Of a DNA stretch of 64,000 nucleotides, positions 37,379 to 51,441 are shown in pieces. The stretch comes from Eledone cirrhosa (taxonomy: Eukaryota). The notes beneath the pieces were generated by a model. That model was not told where the DNA came from and ran no database searches. It saw only the letters and a program-made list of their open reading frames with translations. A program made the position numbers and the translations under genes. The DNA lies in contig OZ024761.1 in the NCBI GenBank assembly GCA_964016885.1, forward strand, positions 17,422,001-17,486,000, written 5' to 3'. Position 1 is the first letter of the stretch; each line of letters opens with the position of its first letter.

Positions 37379-40300
37379 CTGGGGATTAGAAAAACAGAGA
37401 AAGAGGGAGAACGTATGTGTGTGGTCTAAAATTATGAAAAAAGGCTAGAACTTGTCGTCCTGGTTTCATATGGCATTAAATGACTGAGTACAAGACTCTC
37501 CACCCCACCTGGACAGGACACCAGTCTGTCACCTCCACCCGCCACTCACCTTAATTTTCAGAGAGACAAGACCAGGAAACACACCAATCTGTGGTTCCTG
37601 AATATGATCCTGTTGTTGCTTCATTGAATCCAGGAGAGCTTTAATACCAAGGGAGGTAATCTTGTTGCCTGAATAACAAAGTAACTAACATTAAAACTCA
37701 AGGTAAAGATCCCAAACTGTTAGAATATTGTCTATTTTCCTATAGGTTTGTCATTGAACTTACAGCAGAGGAGGTTTCTGGTATTCTGGGTCCCAAAACC
37801 AGCTCTCTATACCCAAACTATTGAAGTATCATCAGCTTTCCTATAAATTTGTCATTGAAACTATAGCGATGTAGATTTCTGGTGTTCTGGGTCCCCAAAT
37901 CACATTCCTACTTACTACTGTTGTTACTAGTGTAGGAGTTGGCCATTTGCAGAAGTGAACCACACCAGTTGAAATGGTTATTTCAACATGTCTCCCTCAT
38001 TATCCTCCGGAGTAACGCTGTCTCCATTCTGTCCACTGTGACCATAAAGCAACTTACACCTGGGTTTCTGTGAACCAGGGATCATTTTCCCACACTTTCC
38101 AAGCATGTATCACTGAGGTAGTGATGGCATATGTTGCTGATATTTATGCTTCCAAATACATTTTAACTACACACACAGACCTAAGATCAAACATACTCCA
38201 ACCGTGGCCATCCCATCTTTAATTCATTGGGTATTTTATTACTCGGACAACTAGATTTTTTTTTATTTCCCAGCTGTGTAACATGGACATTGACAGACAG
38301 CCAGTTGTATGACATATAGCGAGCTGTGTCACATGGACATCTGTGTGACACACAGTCAATTATGTCACTGGGTCACTATGAAACAGCTGGATACATGTCT
38401 CAGGAGGGACGCAAATAAAAGATTTCATCATGTAGACAATCTGGAGTAGGTAAGCCGTAGTGGTGTGCATGGTTATATAAGGATTTGAATTCAGTACCAC
38501 ACTCCGAGTGGGCAGGGGCTGGGTTCGAAGAGGGAGCAGTGAGCACTGTCTTTAGTAATCACTTTAGCAGGTCACTCTTGAGTGCTACTGGTAGCATGTA
38601 ACTCACTACAACCTGTCGTATGGTTGGGTCATCGGCAACTAAACTGGCCACCTCCACCAAGTTTACTTGGTGAGGAGGGTGATTTTGGACACCCTGGAGG
38701 ACAAAAAACAAAACCTGACAAAGGGCGGAAGAACTCATAAGAGTCAACGGTCAACTAAAAAAAAAATCCTGCCAAATCAATGGGTGGCAGTAGTTTAGTA
38801 GTTCCAGCTGTACGCATTGAAAGACAGGTGTAGTGGTTCTGAGAACAATGTGGCTTTGCAGATGATCAATGCAAATTGACAATGGACAGGTGCTCCCGCT
38901 TGAGTTAGAAGAGAACTATTGTCCTTCAGTAGAAGCAGCGACCCCTGATTGTATTCAGTAACCGAAACAAATATGAAGTACACCAAGTCCAATGCTCCTA
39001 GGGGTGGCCCTGCTTCTTCTTACTTGCGAGTGTAAACTCGGCCAGATTAGATTAGATTTTGATGTAAAAAAAATGTGAAAATATATCAACTCACGAGATA
39101 AATCCAGAGACTTGAGTACCTTGTTCCCCAAAACCCATAGTTGCTTGTCTACCTCGTCGTATTCAACAAAGCCGATACGAGGCTGTTCCTGTAAGGACAA
39201 AGACAGAATAAGTGAGTACAGACATGTACAATATACATAACTTAACAAGATAGTATTTTCAGATATAGTTCTTATATGAAATTATCGTGTTTGCCAGTGT
39301 ACTAGAATTTTACTGTTTTGGCAGTTTTCTTTGCGTTGAGTTTCTCATTATTCTCTCTCTCTCTCTCTTGCCCTCCTTGATCTTCTTCTTGGCTCTCTGA
39401 AGTTCCTCTCTGGTGAAAGGTTGTATCTTAATATCCATTTTCTTGGCATCAGGAAGGGCATCCGGCCGTAGAAATTTGCCATAGACGTTAATATATATAT
39501 ATCATCATTCATCATCATTTCATTTTACGTCTGCTTTTCCCTGCTTGCAAGGGTGGGACGGGAAATGATTCTGGCTTGATTTCTACAGCTGGATGCCCTT
39601 CCTCACACCAACCTCATTTTCAGTGAGTGCTGGGTGCTTTTTTTTTGCCGTGGCACCTCCACGACCACTTTGCAGTGGAATGATAGGGACCCCAGTCCCT
39701 ATCATCTCATTTCTACAGCTGAGTAAACTGGAGCAATGTGAAATAAAGTGTCTTGTTCAAGGAAACAACACATCACCCGGTCTGAGAATTGAACTCACAA
39801 CCTTTCGATTGCAAGGCCAATGCTCTAACCACTAAGCCATATATTATATATTTATATATAATGTACAATGATACAACCCAATATGCTGACACAATACAAT
39901 AAAACAACTCATTCACCTCTTCAGTGCCATAGATGAGATAACTCATCCTAACATGTTTGAACTCCTTTCCAACAGTTCATAACTTCAAAGCTAGATGGGG
40001 TTACTAGTTTATTGATGTCACGTTTGTCAATCAAAATAGTTATTTTACTGAAAAAAAAATGGCACAGCAACTGTAGCTGTGTAAAATATATGTGGCAGTC
40101 AACAGGTCAATGTAAATGCTAAAGGGTTAAGCTAAATCCATTCAGTTGCAAAGATTCAAATAAGATCTTGGCATTACCAATACATTCTTCCCTCTCCAAC
40201 AAAACATATTTCAAATTACCTCTGCCTCTCCAAGAATTTTAAGTTGCCATGATCTATGAGATGTCAGATCTACAAATATAAAAACACATTTTTTTTTTAC

Positions 40301-40385
40301 CTCACTATCATAATTAATTCTTCCATACTGTTCAACCCACTCCACTGCTTAATTGTATACACATGTATATATGAATATACATACA

Positions 40386-40416
<31 letters not shown>

Positions 40417-42286
40417 GTATGCACACATACACACATATATATGTACATATATACTCCTTCAACTGCCCAGATGGTTCCATAGAAATAGTAGACACTTTCC
40501 GTTACCTGGGTGACAAAATCAGCAATGGAGGTGGGTGGTTTGAAAGTACAGTAGCCAGAGTTAGAACGGGCTGGAAAAAGTTCAGAGAGTTAATACCTCT
40601 GTTGGCTACAAAAGCTTTCTCAGATTGCATGATGCTTGTATGCAAACAGCAATGCTACATGGCAGTGAGACATGGGCATTGTGTGCAGAGGACCTGCACA
40701 GATTGGAAAGGAATGAAGCATGCCGGCTCTGTTGAATGTGTAATAGTAATATACACGAACAGCAAAACATAAACGAATTAAGTGAGAAATTAGGAATAAG
40801 AAGGATCAGATGCAGTTTACTTGAGAGGTTATTACGTTGGTATGGTCATGTGATGCACATGAAAGACAACAACTGTATAAAAAAGTGCTGGGCGATCAAA
40901 ATTGATGGAAGCTACGGAGTAGGTAGACCCAGAAAAACCTGGGATGACATGATAAAATCTGACCTTGCACACTTATACCTCTCTAAGATAATGTCACTGG
41001 ACCGAGATCTTTGGTGTTACGCAGTAATACAGAAGACCCCACCTTCCCTTATGTACAAAGTTAAACCTACAGTCAGTAGGCACCTCTTAACCAAATATAT
41101 ACCCAAACCCACTACCCCTACCCTATCCTCCCACTTCCGCCCACACCACCCTTTCTCTGTAAAGTTATGTTGGTACCACAGAATATCCAGTCTACAATAA
41201 AGTGGTCATGTAGGTGTCACAACAAAAAGCACCCAGTCCATGCTGTAAAGTGGTCGTATAGGAGACATGGTAAAAAGGGTCCCAGTCCACACTGTAAATG
41301 TGGTTGGTGTTACGAAGGGCACCCAGCCATAGAAAACCTGCCAGATACAGTCCTATACAAGTAAGACACAGTCACCTGATAAATCTTGCCTCAAGTGGGA
41401 CAATTCCCATCTAACCCATGCTAGCGTGGAAGATAGACATTAAACGATGATGATGATGATGATATACATGCACATACACATACATACATTTATACATACA
41501 TACATACATTCACACACATACATACATACGTACTTACATACATGCACATACACATACATACATTTATACATACATACATACATTCACACACACATACATA
41601 CGTACTTACATACATGCACACATTTTGAGCATGTTTGAACCTGGCAAAGCCCAACACTTTCCAGATTTAAACACAGCTGAGAGAGGGATGGGGGTGGGTG
41701 GATGAGAAAGAGATGGGTGGATGAGAGAGAGAGAGAGATGAAAATAGGGACTTACTTTTTGTCATTTTGGCCATTTCCTTTGATGCTAGAGAAACTGATA
41801 TGAAAACAAACAAAAGAAAAAGTATTAAAAAACAAAGAGTAGCTTTACCCATCATTATCCTCATTGCCATCATCATCATCATCATCTTGTAGGTGTCACG
41901 ACAAAAGGCACCCAGTCCACACTGGAAATATGGTTGGCATTAGGAAGGGCATTCTAACTGTAGAAAGCAAGCCAAAAGCAGTTCTGTGTGAGCAAGACAT
42001 GATCCACTGACCTGGAGAGCTCAATGGGACTACCCATGATGTTGATGTTGATGATAATGTTATGTATGTATGAACCCATAACTCTTGGTGGAGTTGTAGA
42101 GGCGACATAATCTCATATAGTGTTTCTTGGGCGTTTTTAAAGCTGGTAGAAACGACCCCAGTACTTGACTGGTACTTTTTAAAAAATTAATCTCAAAAGG
42201 ATGAAAGACAAAGTTGACGTTGTTGGGACTTGAACTGAGAGTAGAGTCAGAGCAAAGGCATTCTATCCAACGGCATTTCGTCACCC

Positions 42287-42317
<31 letters not shown>

Positions 42318-45300
42318 TGTATGTATGTATGTATGTATGTATGTATGCATGCATGCACAAACAAAAATAAAACAAGTAAGATTGCTTACCAAAGTATTTT
42401 TTCAACATGGTCCTTGTAGGTTACAGTAATAGTTCAATAAGAAGGATCAAATCATAGTATCCAGGTGAAATATAATAGAGTAATATTATTTTTAAATGTA
42501 TAGGAAAAACTAACACTAGTTTTTTTTTGTCTTTATTCTATCTCATTACTTTTTTCATAGCTAATTTTTTTATTTTTTATTTTTTTAATTATTTCCCACT
42601 CTCTCTCTGTCCCTCTAAAATATATCCTTTCTGCCTCTTCTCTTAGTCTGGTTGCCTTTTATTCAGAGCAGATTGTAGTAGAAATATTTTTACTGCAGGA
42701 TGAGTAAACTTATCTTGTACTTTGAAATCTTTGAGAAGAAATGCAATATTTAATGTATTGCTAGTGAATAGGCATAATAATAATATTATTATGCAACTAG
42801 CATTATGTAGACTTATATTGTATTGAAACATATGTTAAAGAATGAACTGTTGATAAAATTCTTCACTTTTTTTCTATACTTTACGCCTAGTGTTTGTTTT
42901 TCCAATACATTTAAATATATATACGTATATATATATGCGTATATATATATATGTGTGTGTATATATATATATGTGTATATATATATGTGTATTTGTATAT
43001 TGTTATACTTTGGGAGGGTCATGCTGCCAATAAAAACACACGCACCAGGTGGATTTCATTTCAATTTATTATAAGTTTCTGGTTGGTTTGATAACCGGAT
43101 GGTTGTTTAAATATTGGCAAAGCCCTTTCGTCACAATATATAAACAACCATCCGGTTATCGAAGCGACCAACCAACTGGAAATTTATAATAAATTGAAGT
43201 GAAAAACCAACAAGTGCATGTGTTTTTATTGGCAGCATAAATACAATACAGAAATACAGAAGTAATAGAAATAAATAAATACATACACGCAAACATAAAT
43301 TGCACAAAACTTTCCTATATTACAGCCCCACGTTATACCCTAACGGATAGTACGATCTATACGTGGATATTTTACGTCTTGATGTGGGAGCTAAGTATAT
43401 GTTTTGTTTATACCATTACTTATTTGCATAGGTAAGTATATATTACCCATATGTTTTGTGAAGGTACGTATACCTTCTCGTACGTATATTTGATTGTTTA
43501 TGTTATGGCGTATAATTTTATATATTCTGGTACATATGGTTTGGTTAAATGTATACGGGAGTTTTGCGTCTGTGTGAGTATGCAGGTTCGTACGTATGTA
43601 GGGTGTGTGTATATGTGTACTTCATGTTTTGGTTGACTTACATCTCCGAACATTTGTGTATTTACATGTAGGTATGTGTGTGCGCTTGTTATATACGTAT
43701 TTATTTATTTATATACGTTTATTTAATTATTTATTTATTTGTATACACGCATAGACACACAGACATAGCTATATGTGCGTGGTTTTGTATACCTATGGTA
43801 AGTGTTTTCGTGTATGCTTGTGTATGTACGTATTTGTTTGCGTGTATGTATTTATTTATTTCTATTACTTCTGTATTGTATTTATTTACTTTGTTCTTAA
43901 CTCTGAAGCGGAGATTCATTCGGTCTCCTAGTTAGAATTTCTGTCTACGACTTCTGCTATACCATTTACGTGGTTTTGTCTTTGCGTGCAATTGTTCTCC
44001 ACGCTTCACATATGACGTATTATCTTCGTTTTTTTTCGTTCATTGCCGGTGAACGTCTCTATGAACCACCTAAGAGAATATTAGTCTACGACCTCTTTTA
44101 TACCATAAACGTGGTTCTGTCTTTGCATGTAATTGTTTTTCACCGCTCCTATTAATGACGTATTTTATTCGTTTTTTCCCATTCTTTGCCAGCGAACGTT
44201 TCCACGAACCAAAGTATCGTCTTCCTGTCTTCCTCCGGTTGCAACGTTTTTTGAAATATCCACTTCTGCGTTTACAGATTGACTTTATATATATATATAT
44301 ATATATGGAGGCACATGGCTTAATGTTAGTGCATTGGCCTTGCAATCGAAAGGTTGTGAGTTCAATTCTCAGACCAGGTGTTGTGTTGTTTCCTTGAGCA
44401 AGACACTTTATTTCACATTGCTCCAGTTTACTCAGCTGTAGAAATGAGATGATAGGGACTGGGGTCCCTATCATTCCACTGTAAAGTGGTCGTGGAGGTG
44501 CCACGGCAAAAAAGCACCCATCACTCACTGTAAATGAGGTTGGTGTTAGGAAGGGCATCCAGCTGTAGAAATCAAGCCAGAATCAGTTCCCGTCCCACCC
44601 TTGCAAGCAGGGAAAAGCGGACGTAAAATGATGATGATGATATAATGTGGTCGTGTAGGTAACACGGTAAAAACCTCCCAGTACACACTGTGAATGTGGT
44701 TGGTGTTAGGAAGGGCATCCAGCCGTAGAAAACCTGCCAGACAGTCAGTCCCATATGAGCGAGACACGGTCTCCCGACCAATCTTGCTTCAAGTGGGACA
44801 ATTCCCGTCTGAACCCATGCTAGCTTGGAAGATAGACGTTAAACGATGATGATGATATATATATACTATATAAATGGCAAATTCTGTCTGTCTGTGTATA
44901 ACCAGTTGGCGCCTACACCAGTGATCCAATCCTGATGGAAGTTTACGCACATGTTAAGCTAATATTCAGAAACAAGTCTGGCTAATTGGATTTCAATAAA
45001 AATATGGAATTTTTCAATGGGGGACATCCTTACAATGGAGGAGAAAGGAGAAGACGTTTCAATTAGAGAGGGAGAAGAGGAGATACTACTACTACATGTT
45101 AAACCCTCCCTCCCACTACTCCCCTTCCTCCTCCCACAACTCAGTCCTCCAAAACGAGGCAACAACTTATTAGAAATATACATGAAGAAATTTCAAACAA
45201 AGCAGACAACAATTTAATTTTGGTTGACGACTGAACAGATGTCTTTGTATATATGTATATATCACATCCACTGATATAGATTCTGAACACATGCACATGC

Positions 45301-47114
45301 TTAGGTCACATTAAGGTCAACTGCAGGAATCGATGATGAGTTACATAAAAGCGTGATGATCAATGACCTGGAAGTTGGCTTGCCATGAGATTAGTCCGAA
45401 GAATAAAACCCAAATCATATGACGACGAATATTCGTACTCCCAGCATGTTAATTGTAACATGCCGTCTTTGAGAGTAGAGTTTATTTTGTTGATATTCCG
45501 AGGTGTCGGATCGTGGGAAGATTAACACAAATTAAGAAGATGTAACTTCTCTCCCATCATTGACACTTTGCAACAGTGAATGTTACAAGGCCCTCTTTAG
45601 GGCCAATACTTCTGATTGTTTATCCGACTTATTATAGTGTGTTTTTTCAGGTTATGTCTAGTATAGGGGGAAAACGGGATGGTTTTATTGAATTGCTTCA
45701 GTCATTCGAAGAGCTTTACAAACGATGATATACAGGGTTATAATTTTTTCAATAATTGCGATGACTTCCTCAATTGTTCTGTGTTTGTTCTTGAGTGCTA
45801 AGACAGTAAGTTTGCTATTCTTATACATAAGTTTGTTGAATAAGTTCAATACTCTTCGAGCTCAAACTCCTCAGCTTATTCACTCTGAATGAAGAAACCT
45901 GGGTGGAAGGACTTATGATTTAAACAGCTATTGATAGTTCAACACAAAAAATTGATCTGCCATAAACACACCTAGCAAAGGTTGGTATTGAAAATCCTGT
46001 ATGTGCACCCAGGGTTGCTAGCATTTTCAGGCGCACTCTGGGAACTGCGAATAACCCTGCCTTTCTCAGGTATTACTGGGTACTGCAGCTAGTATATGTA
46101 TGTGTGTGTGTGTGTATACATATATATGCAGAATCAATAGGGGAGCTAGAGAATAAATTCTGGCTATGGAAACCAGTTGGAATCAAGAGGACTGAGAGTG
46201 AACCTAGCAAAGACAAAAGTGTTGATAAGTAGAAAGGAGGACTAAACTCTGATCTCATCAGGGAAATGGCCATGTTTGATATATGAAAAAGGAACTGGCA
46301 TAAATTCTATAAAATGTACACAATGCAGATCTTGGGTACACAAGAGATATAGTGGAATAGTAGGGAAACTACGTATGCAGTAGATGTACAGGGAAATCTG
46401 ACAGTAGAAGTTGCAGTAATAGACACATTTTTCAAATGCAGGTGTGTTCTATAGAAGTGGTTGATAGCTTCCAGTACCTAGGTGATCAGATTAACATGGG
46501 AGGGGGTTGTTCCGAGGTCATAGTATCTAGAATAAGGAGTGGTTGGAAGAAGTTTAGGGAGCTGCTTCCTCTGTTGACAAAGAAGGGTTTCTCCCTGCGT
46601 ATGCAAGGCCGGTTATATGATGCCTGTGTGAGATGCGCGATGCTGCAGGGGCAGCAACAGCAGAGGATATGCAACGGCTGGAGAGAAATGAAGCAAGCAT
46701 GCTCCATTAGATGTGCAATGACAATGTGTGTGAACGACCAAGCATGGATGTGTTGAGAGAGAAACTGTGTATAAGAGGGATAAGTTGTAGTGTGCGGGAG
46801 AGAAGACTGCGATGGTATGGACATGTGATGCGCATGGAGAATGACCGCTGGGTAAAGAAGTGCCAGGAAATGCCAGTAGAAGGAAGACGCAGTAGAGGAC
46901 GACTGCGAGAAACATGAGCAGAGGTGGTGAGAGCAGACCTCAGATCGCTGAAACTCACCAAGGAGATGATGGAGGACCGTGACAAGTGGAGAGATGCTGT
47001 GCTGAATAGGATCCGTCCAACCCTTGTAAGCAGGGAAAAGCGGACGTAAAATGATGATGTTGATGATATATATGTATGTATATATATGTATGTGTGTGTA
47101 TATTTATGCATGTG

Positions 47115-47153
<39 letters not shown>

Positions 47154-47320
47154 ATATATGTGTGTGTGTGTGTGTATATATGTGTGTGTGTGTATATATA
47201 TATGTGTGTGTGTGTGTATATATGTGTGTGTGTATATATATGTGTGTGCGTGTGTGTGTATATATGTGTGTGTGTGTGTATATATATATATGTGTGTGTG
47301 TGTGTGTATATAAATATATA

Positions 47321-47373
<53 letters not shown>

Positions 47374-50300
47374 ATATATATATATATGTGTGTGTGTGTA
47401 TATATATGTGTGTGTGTGTGTGTGTGTATATTGTATATATATATATATACACACGCACACACACATATACAACAACAAAAAGAAAGAAAAACAAACAAAC
47501 AAAAAATACAGTAAAAATAGAATAAAGGCGGCCAATATTTACACTTTTTGCTGAGTGTGTGTATGTTTGCAGAACTGATACTCAAGCTAACTGCTGTGCA
47601 ACTGCCACCGGCACCAGGTGTGTTTACCAATGAGCTCCCCGCTACACTGGATGTGGCAGCACTGCCACTGCCTTTCTCTTCCTTCTCCTTCCTGCTCTTC
47701 CCACCTTTATCATCATCTTTGCCAGAGGTGTCTTTTCCTGACTTCATTTCCTGCAAGAAGCAATGCGAGACAGAGAAATCTGGGGTAAATTGTAAGACTG
47801 AGGTACATTGTAAGACTGGGGTACATAGTAAGACTGGGGTAAATTGTAAGACTGGGGTAGATAGTAAGACTGGAGTACATTGTAAGACTGGGGTACATAG
47901 TAAGATTGGAGTACATAGTAAGATTGGGGTAAATTGTAAGACTGGAGTACATTGTAAGACGGGGCACATTTTAAGACTGGGGTACATTTTTAAGATTCGG
48001 ATACATTGTAAGACTGGGTACATTGTAAGACTGGGTACATTGTAAGACTGGGTATATTGTAAGACTGGGTATATTGTAAGACTGGGATACATTGTAAAAC
48101 TGGGATACATTATAAGACCGGGGTGCATTGTAAGACAGGGTACATAGTAAGACTGGGTTACATTGTAAGACAGGGTACATAGTAAAACTGGGGTACAATA
48201 CACGACTGAGATACATTATAAGGCAGAAGAAGACATTTCTGCCTAGAATTTTCAAAATATTTTCAAAAAATATTCCAGAATTTGGAGACATTTCATAATA
48301 TAGCTAACTTTTTCCTTATTTAACCCTTTAACATTCACATTACTCTATATATACTATTATATTTTCATGGTCAAGGCTTTATTTCACATAATTATCTTAC
48401 ATAATATCGAATCTATGAGATTTTTTATGTTATTTATTTTGAGAACAATACTTTAACATCTGCATGAGTGGCTGGTTTGAACAGAGAGGGGCCAGTTTAA
48501 ATGTTAAAGGGTTAAGCTGGGTGTTTGAAATATAACATAACAATTGTTCTTACACAATATCATTAGGGGTGCTTTTTAGCTAAATATGAACACTTTAACC
48601 CTTTAGCATTTACATTACTCTATATTTACTATTGTATTTTCATAGTAAAGGCTTTATCTCACATAATAATGAATCTATGAGCCTTTGATATTATTTATTT
48701 TGAGAACAATACCTTAATATCAGTATGAGTGGCCAGTTATGGCCGGTTTGAACCAGAATCTCAGGATTTTCTCACCTTTTTCTGTTCGAATCAGCCATAA
48801 CCAGCTGCTCATACTAACATTAAGTATTGTTCTCAAAATAAATATCAAAATCTTGTACATTCGATATTATGTGAGGTAAAGTGTTTACAGTGAAAATACA
48901 TTAGTAAATATAGAGTAATGTAAATGCTAAAGGTTAAGTCAGTATTTGGTATATAATTTAACAAAGGTTCTTATCGTAAAGTTATGATGAAAGGCCTTTT
49001 GATAAATCTAAACATGTTCTCCCATTTCTCTTCTTTCACTTACTTTTCTTGGTTTCCCTCTGTCTCTTTTGTCTTTTTTGTCAGCCGGGTTAGCTCGCAG
49101 ATTAAGGCTTGAGTTATCCCTCAACTCGGCCTTGCGACCTGGTACTAGCAGCGCCTCTGGAGTTGTCTAGATTTGTTGTGAGGAAAAAAAAAATGAAAGA
49201 AGATTAACTCCTTTGTGACCCTAGGTTTAATGGAATACAGTGAATGAGGGTCAGCTGAAAGGTTCATAAGTTGACCAAGATTTCCTATGGGAAATCCCAC
49301 TAATAACTGGGACTGCAAATGCCGGGGGTACACTGTATATATATATATTGTCGACCTTGAGAAAGCCTTTGACAGAGTTCCACGTGCTGTAATCTGGTGG
49401 GCTCTTAGAAAACTAGGAGTAGATGAATGGCTTGTGAAAGCGGTACAAGCCATGTATAGGGGAGCAGTCAGCAAAGTTAGGATTAGCAATGAGTATAGCG
49501 AGGAATTTAGCGTACAGGTTGGTGTCCACCAGGACTCTGTTCTTAGCCCTCTCCTGTTCATCATAGTCCTGCAGGCAATAACGGGGGAGTTTAAGACCAG
49601 ATGCCCATGGGAACTCCTGTATGCTGATAACCTCGCACTCATAGCTGAATCTATGGTAGAACTAGAGAATAAATTCCAAACTTGGAAGCAGGGACTAGAA
49701 AGAAAGGGTCTCAAAGTCAACATGACAAAGACTAAGGTCCTTGTAAGTAGACGAGAAAACAGAACCCAGATCCCCTCAGGGAAATGGCTTTGCTCAGTAT
49801 GTAGGAAAGGTGTAGGTAGGAACTCCATTCTCTGCCCCAAATGCAAACAATGGGTACACAAGAGATGTAGCAGGATCTCAGGAAGCTTAATTAAGAATGT
49901 AGGATTCACATGCAGCAGCTGTGCTGAGACAGCAAGCAGCAAACAGCCACAGGAAACAAGTACCACCAATCTCTGGGAGGGCCCTGTAGAAACAGTAGAC
50001 AGCTTCTGCTACCTAGTTGACCGAATTAGCAGCGGAGGTGGGTGTTCAGAAAGTACAATAACTAGGGTAAGAACAGGATGGAAGAAGTTTAGGGAACTAC
50101 TACCACTGCTAGCTGCAAAAGGCTTCTCCCTCAGAATGAAAGGCAGACTGTATGATGCGTGTATCCGAACAGCGATGTTGCATGGTAGTGAGACCTGGGC
50201 GCTCAAGGTGGAAGACTTACGTAGATTAGAGAGAAACGAAGCCTGCATGCTCCGATGGATGTGTAACAGTAATATACGTGAACGACAAAGCATAAATGAA

Positions 50301-50886
50301 TTGAGAGAGAGACTGAGCATAAGAAGAATCAAATGCTGTGTGCAGGAGAGGCGGCTGCGCTGGTATGGACATGTGATACGTATGAAGGATGATAGCTGCA
50401 TAAAAAGGTGCAGAGCACTAGAAGTTGATGGAAACCGCGGAGTGGGGAGACCCAAGATGACCTGGGATGAGGTGATAAAAGCCGACCTTACCCAATTACA
50501 CCTCTCAAAGACAATGACACACGACTGTGACTTCTGGCGTCACGCAGTAATACAGAGTACCTGACCTCCCATGGGTACAAGCTGAAGCATATAGACAATA
50601 TGCCCCCACTTCCCCCACCGCAAGGTGGTCGTGGAGGTGCCACGGCAAAAAAGCACCCAGCCCACACTGTAAAGTGAACGTGTAGGCGCCACGAAAAAGC
50701 ACCCAGCACTCACTATAAATGATGTTGGTGTTAGAAAGGGCATCCAGCTGTAGAAATCAAGCCAAATCAGTTCCTGTATGAGCAAGGCATGGTCAGCCGA
50801 CCAGACACTGCCCACAACAGGACAACCCGTCTAACCCATGCTAGCGTGGAAGAACGGACGTAAAACGGTGATGATGATGATGATGA

Positions 50887-50921
<35 letters not shown>

Positions 50922-51323
50922 ACCCCAGTTACTCTATATATATATATATATATGTGTGTGTGTATATATATGTGTGTGTATATATATATATGTGCGTGTG
51001 TATGTATATGTGTATATATATCATCATCATTTTACGTCCGCTTTTCCCTGCTTGCAAGGGTGGGATGGGAACTGATTCTGGCTTGATTTCTACAGCTGGA
51101 TGCCCTTCCTAACACCAACCTAATTTACAGTGAGTGCTGGGTGCTTTTTTGCTGAGGCACCTCCACGACCACTTTACAGTTGAATGATAGGGACCCCAGT
51201 CCCTATCATCTCATTTCTACAGCTGAGTAAAATGAGTAAACAATACATCACCTGGTCTGAGAATTGAACTCACAACCTTTCAATTGCAAGCCCAATGCTC
51301 TAACCACTAAGTCATGTGCCTCC

Positions 51324-51379
<56 letters not shown>

Positions 51380-51396
51380 GTGTGTGTATATATATA

Positions 51397-51441
<45 letters not shown>

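Noticed and set aside
38559-38697. Candidate extra LRRC71 exon (GVQNHPPHQ...)
   Set aside because: Phase incompatible with the flanking exons, and the 39095->37668 join already gives the conserved sequence
37277-39188. Semaphorin/PSI-like fragments
   Set aside because: The same segments splice in frame into the LRRC71 C-terminus and fit it much better
41756-41885. Apparent signal-peptide exon [24 protein letters not shown] of a secreted protein
   Set aside because: The hydrophobic run is the translated polypyrimidine tract before the LRRC71 microexon, and the Met run is an (ATG)n repeat tail
46707-48203. 498-aa ORF
   Set aside because: Composite of minisatellite, one true LRRC71 exon (47543-47750), (CA/TA)n and antisense LINE
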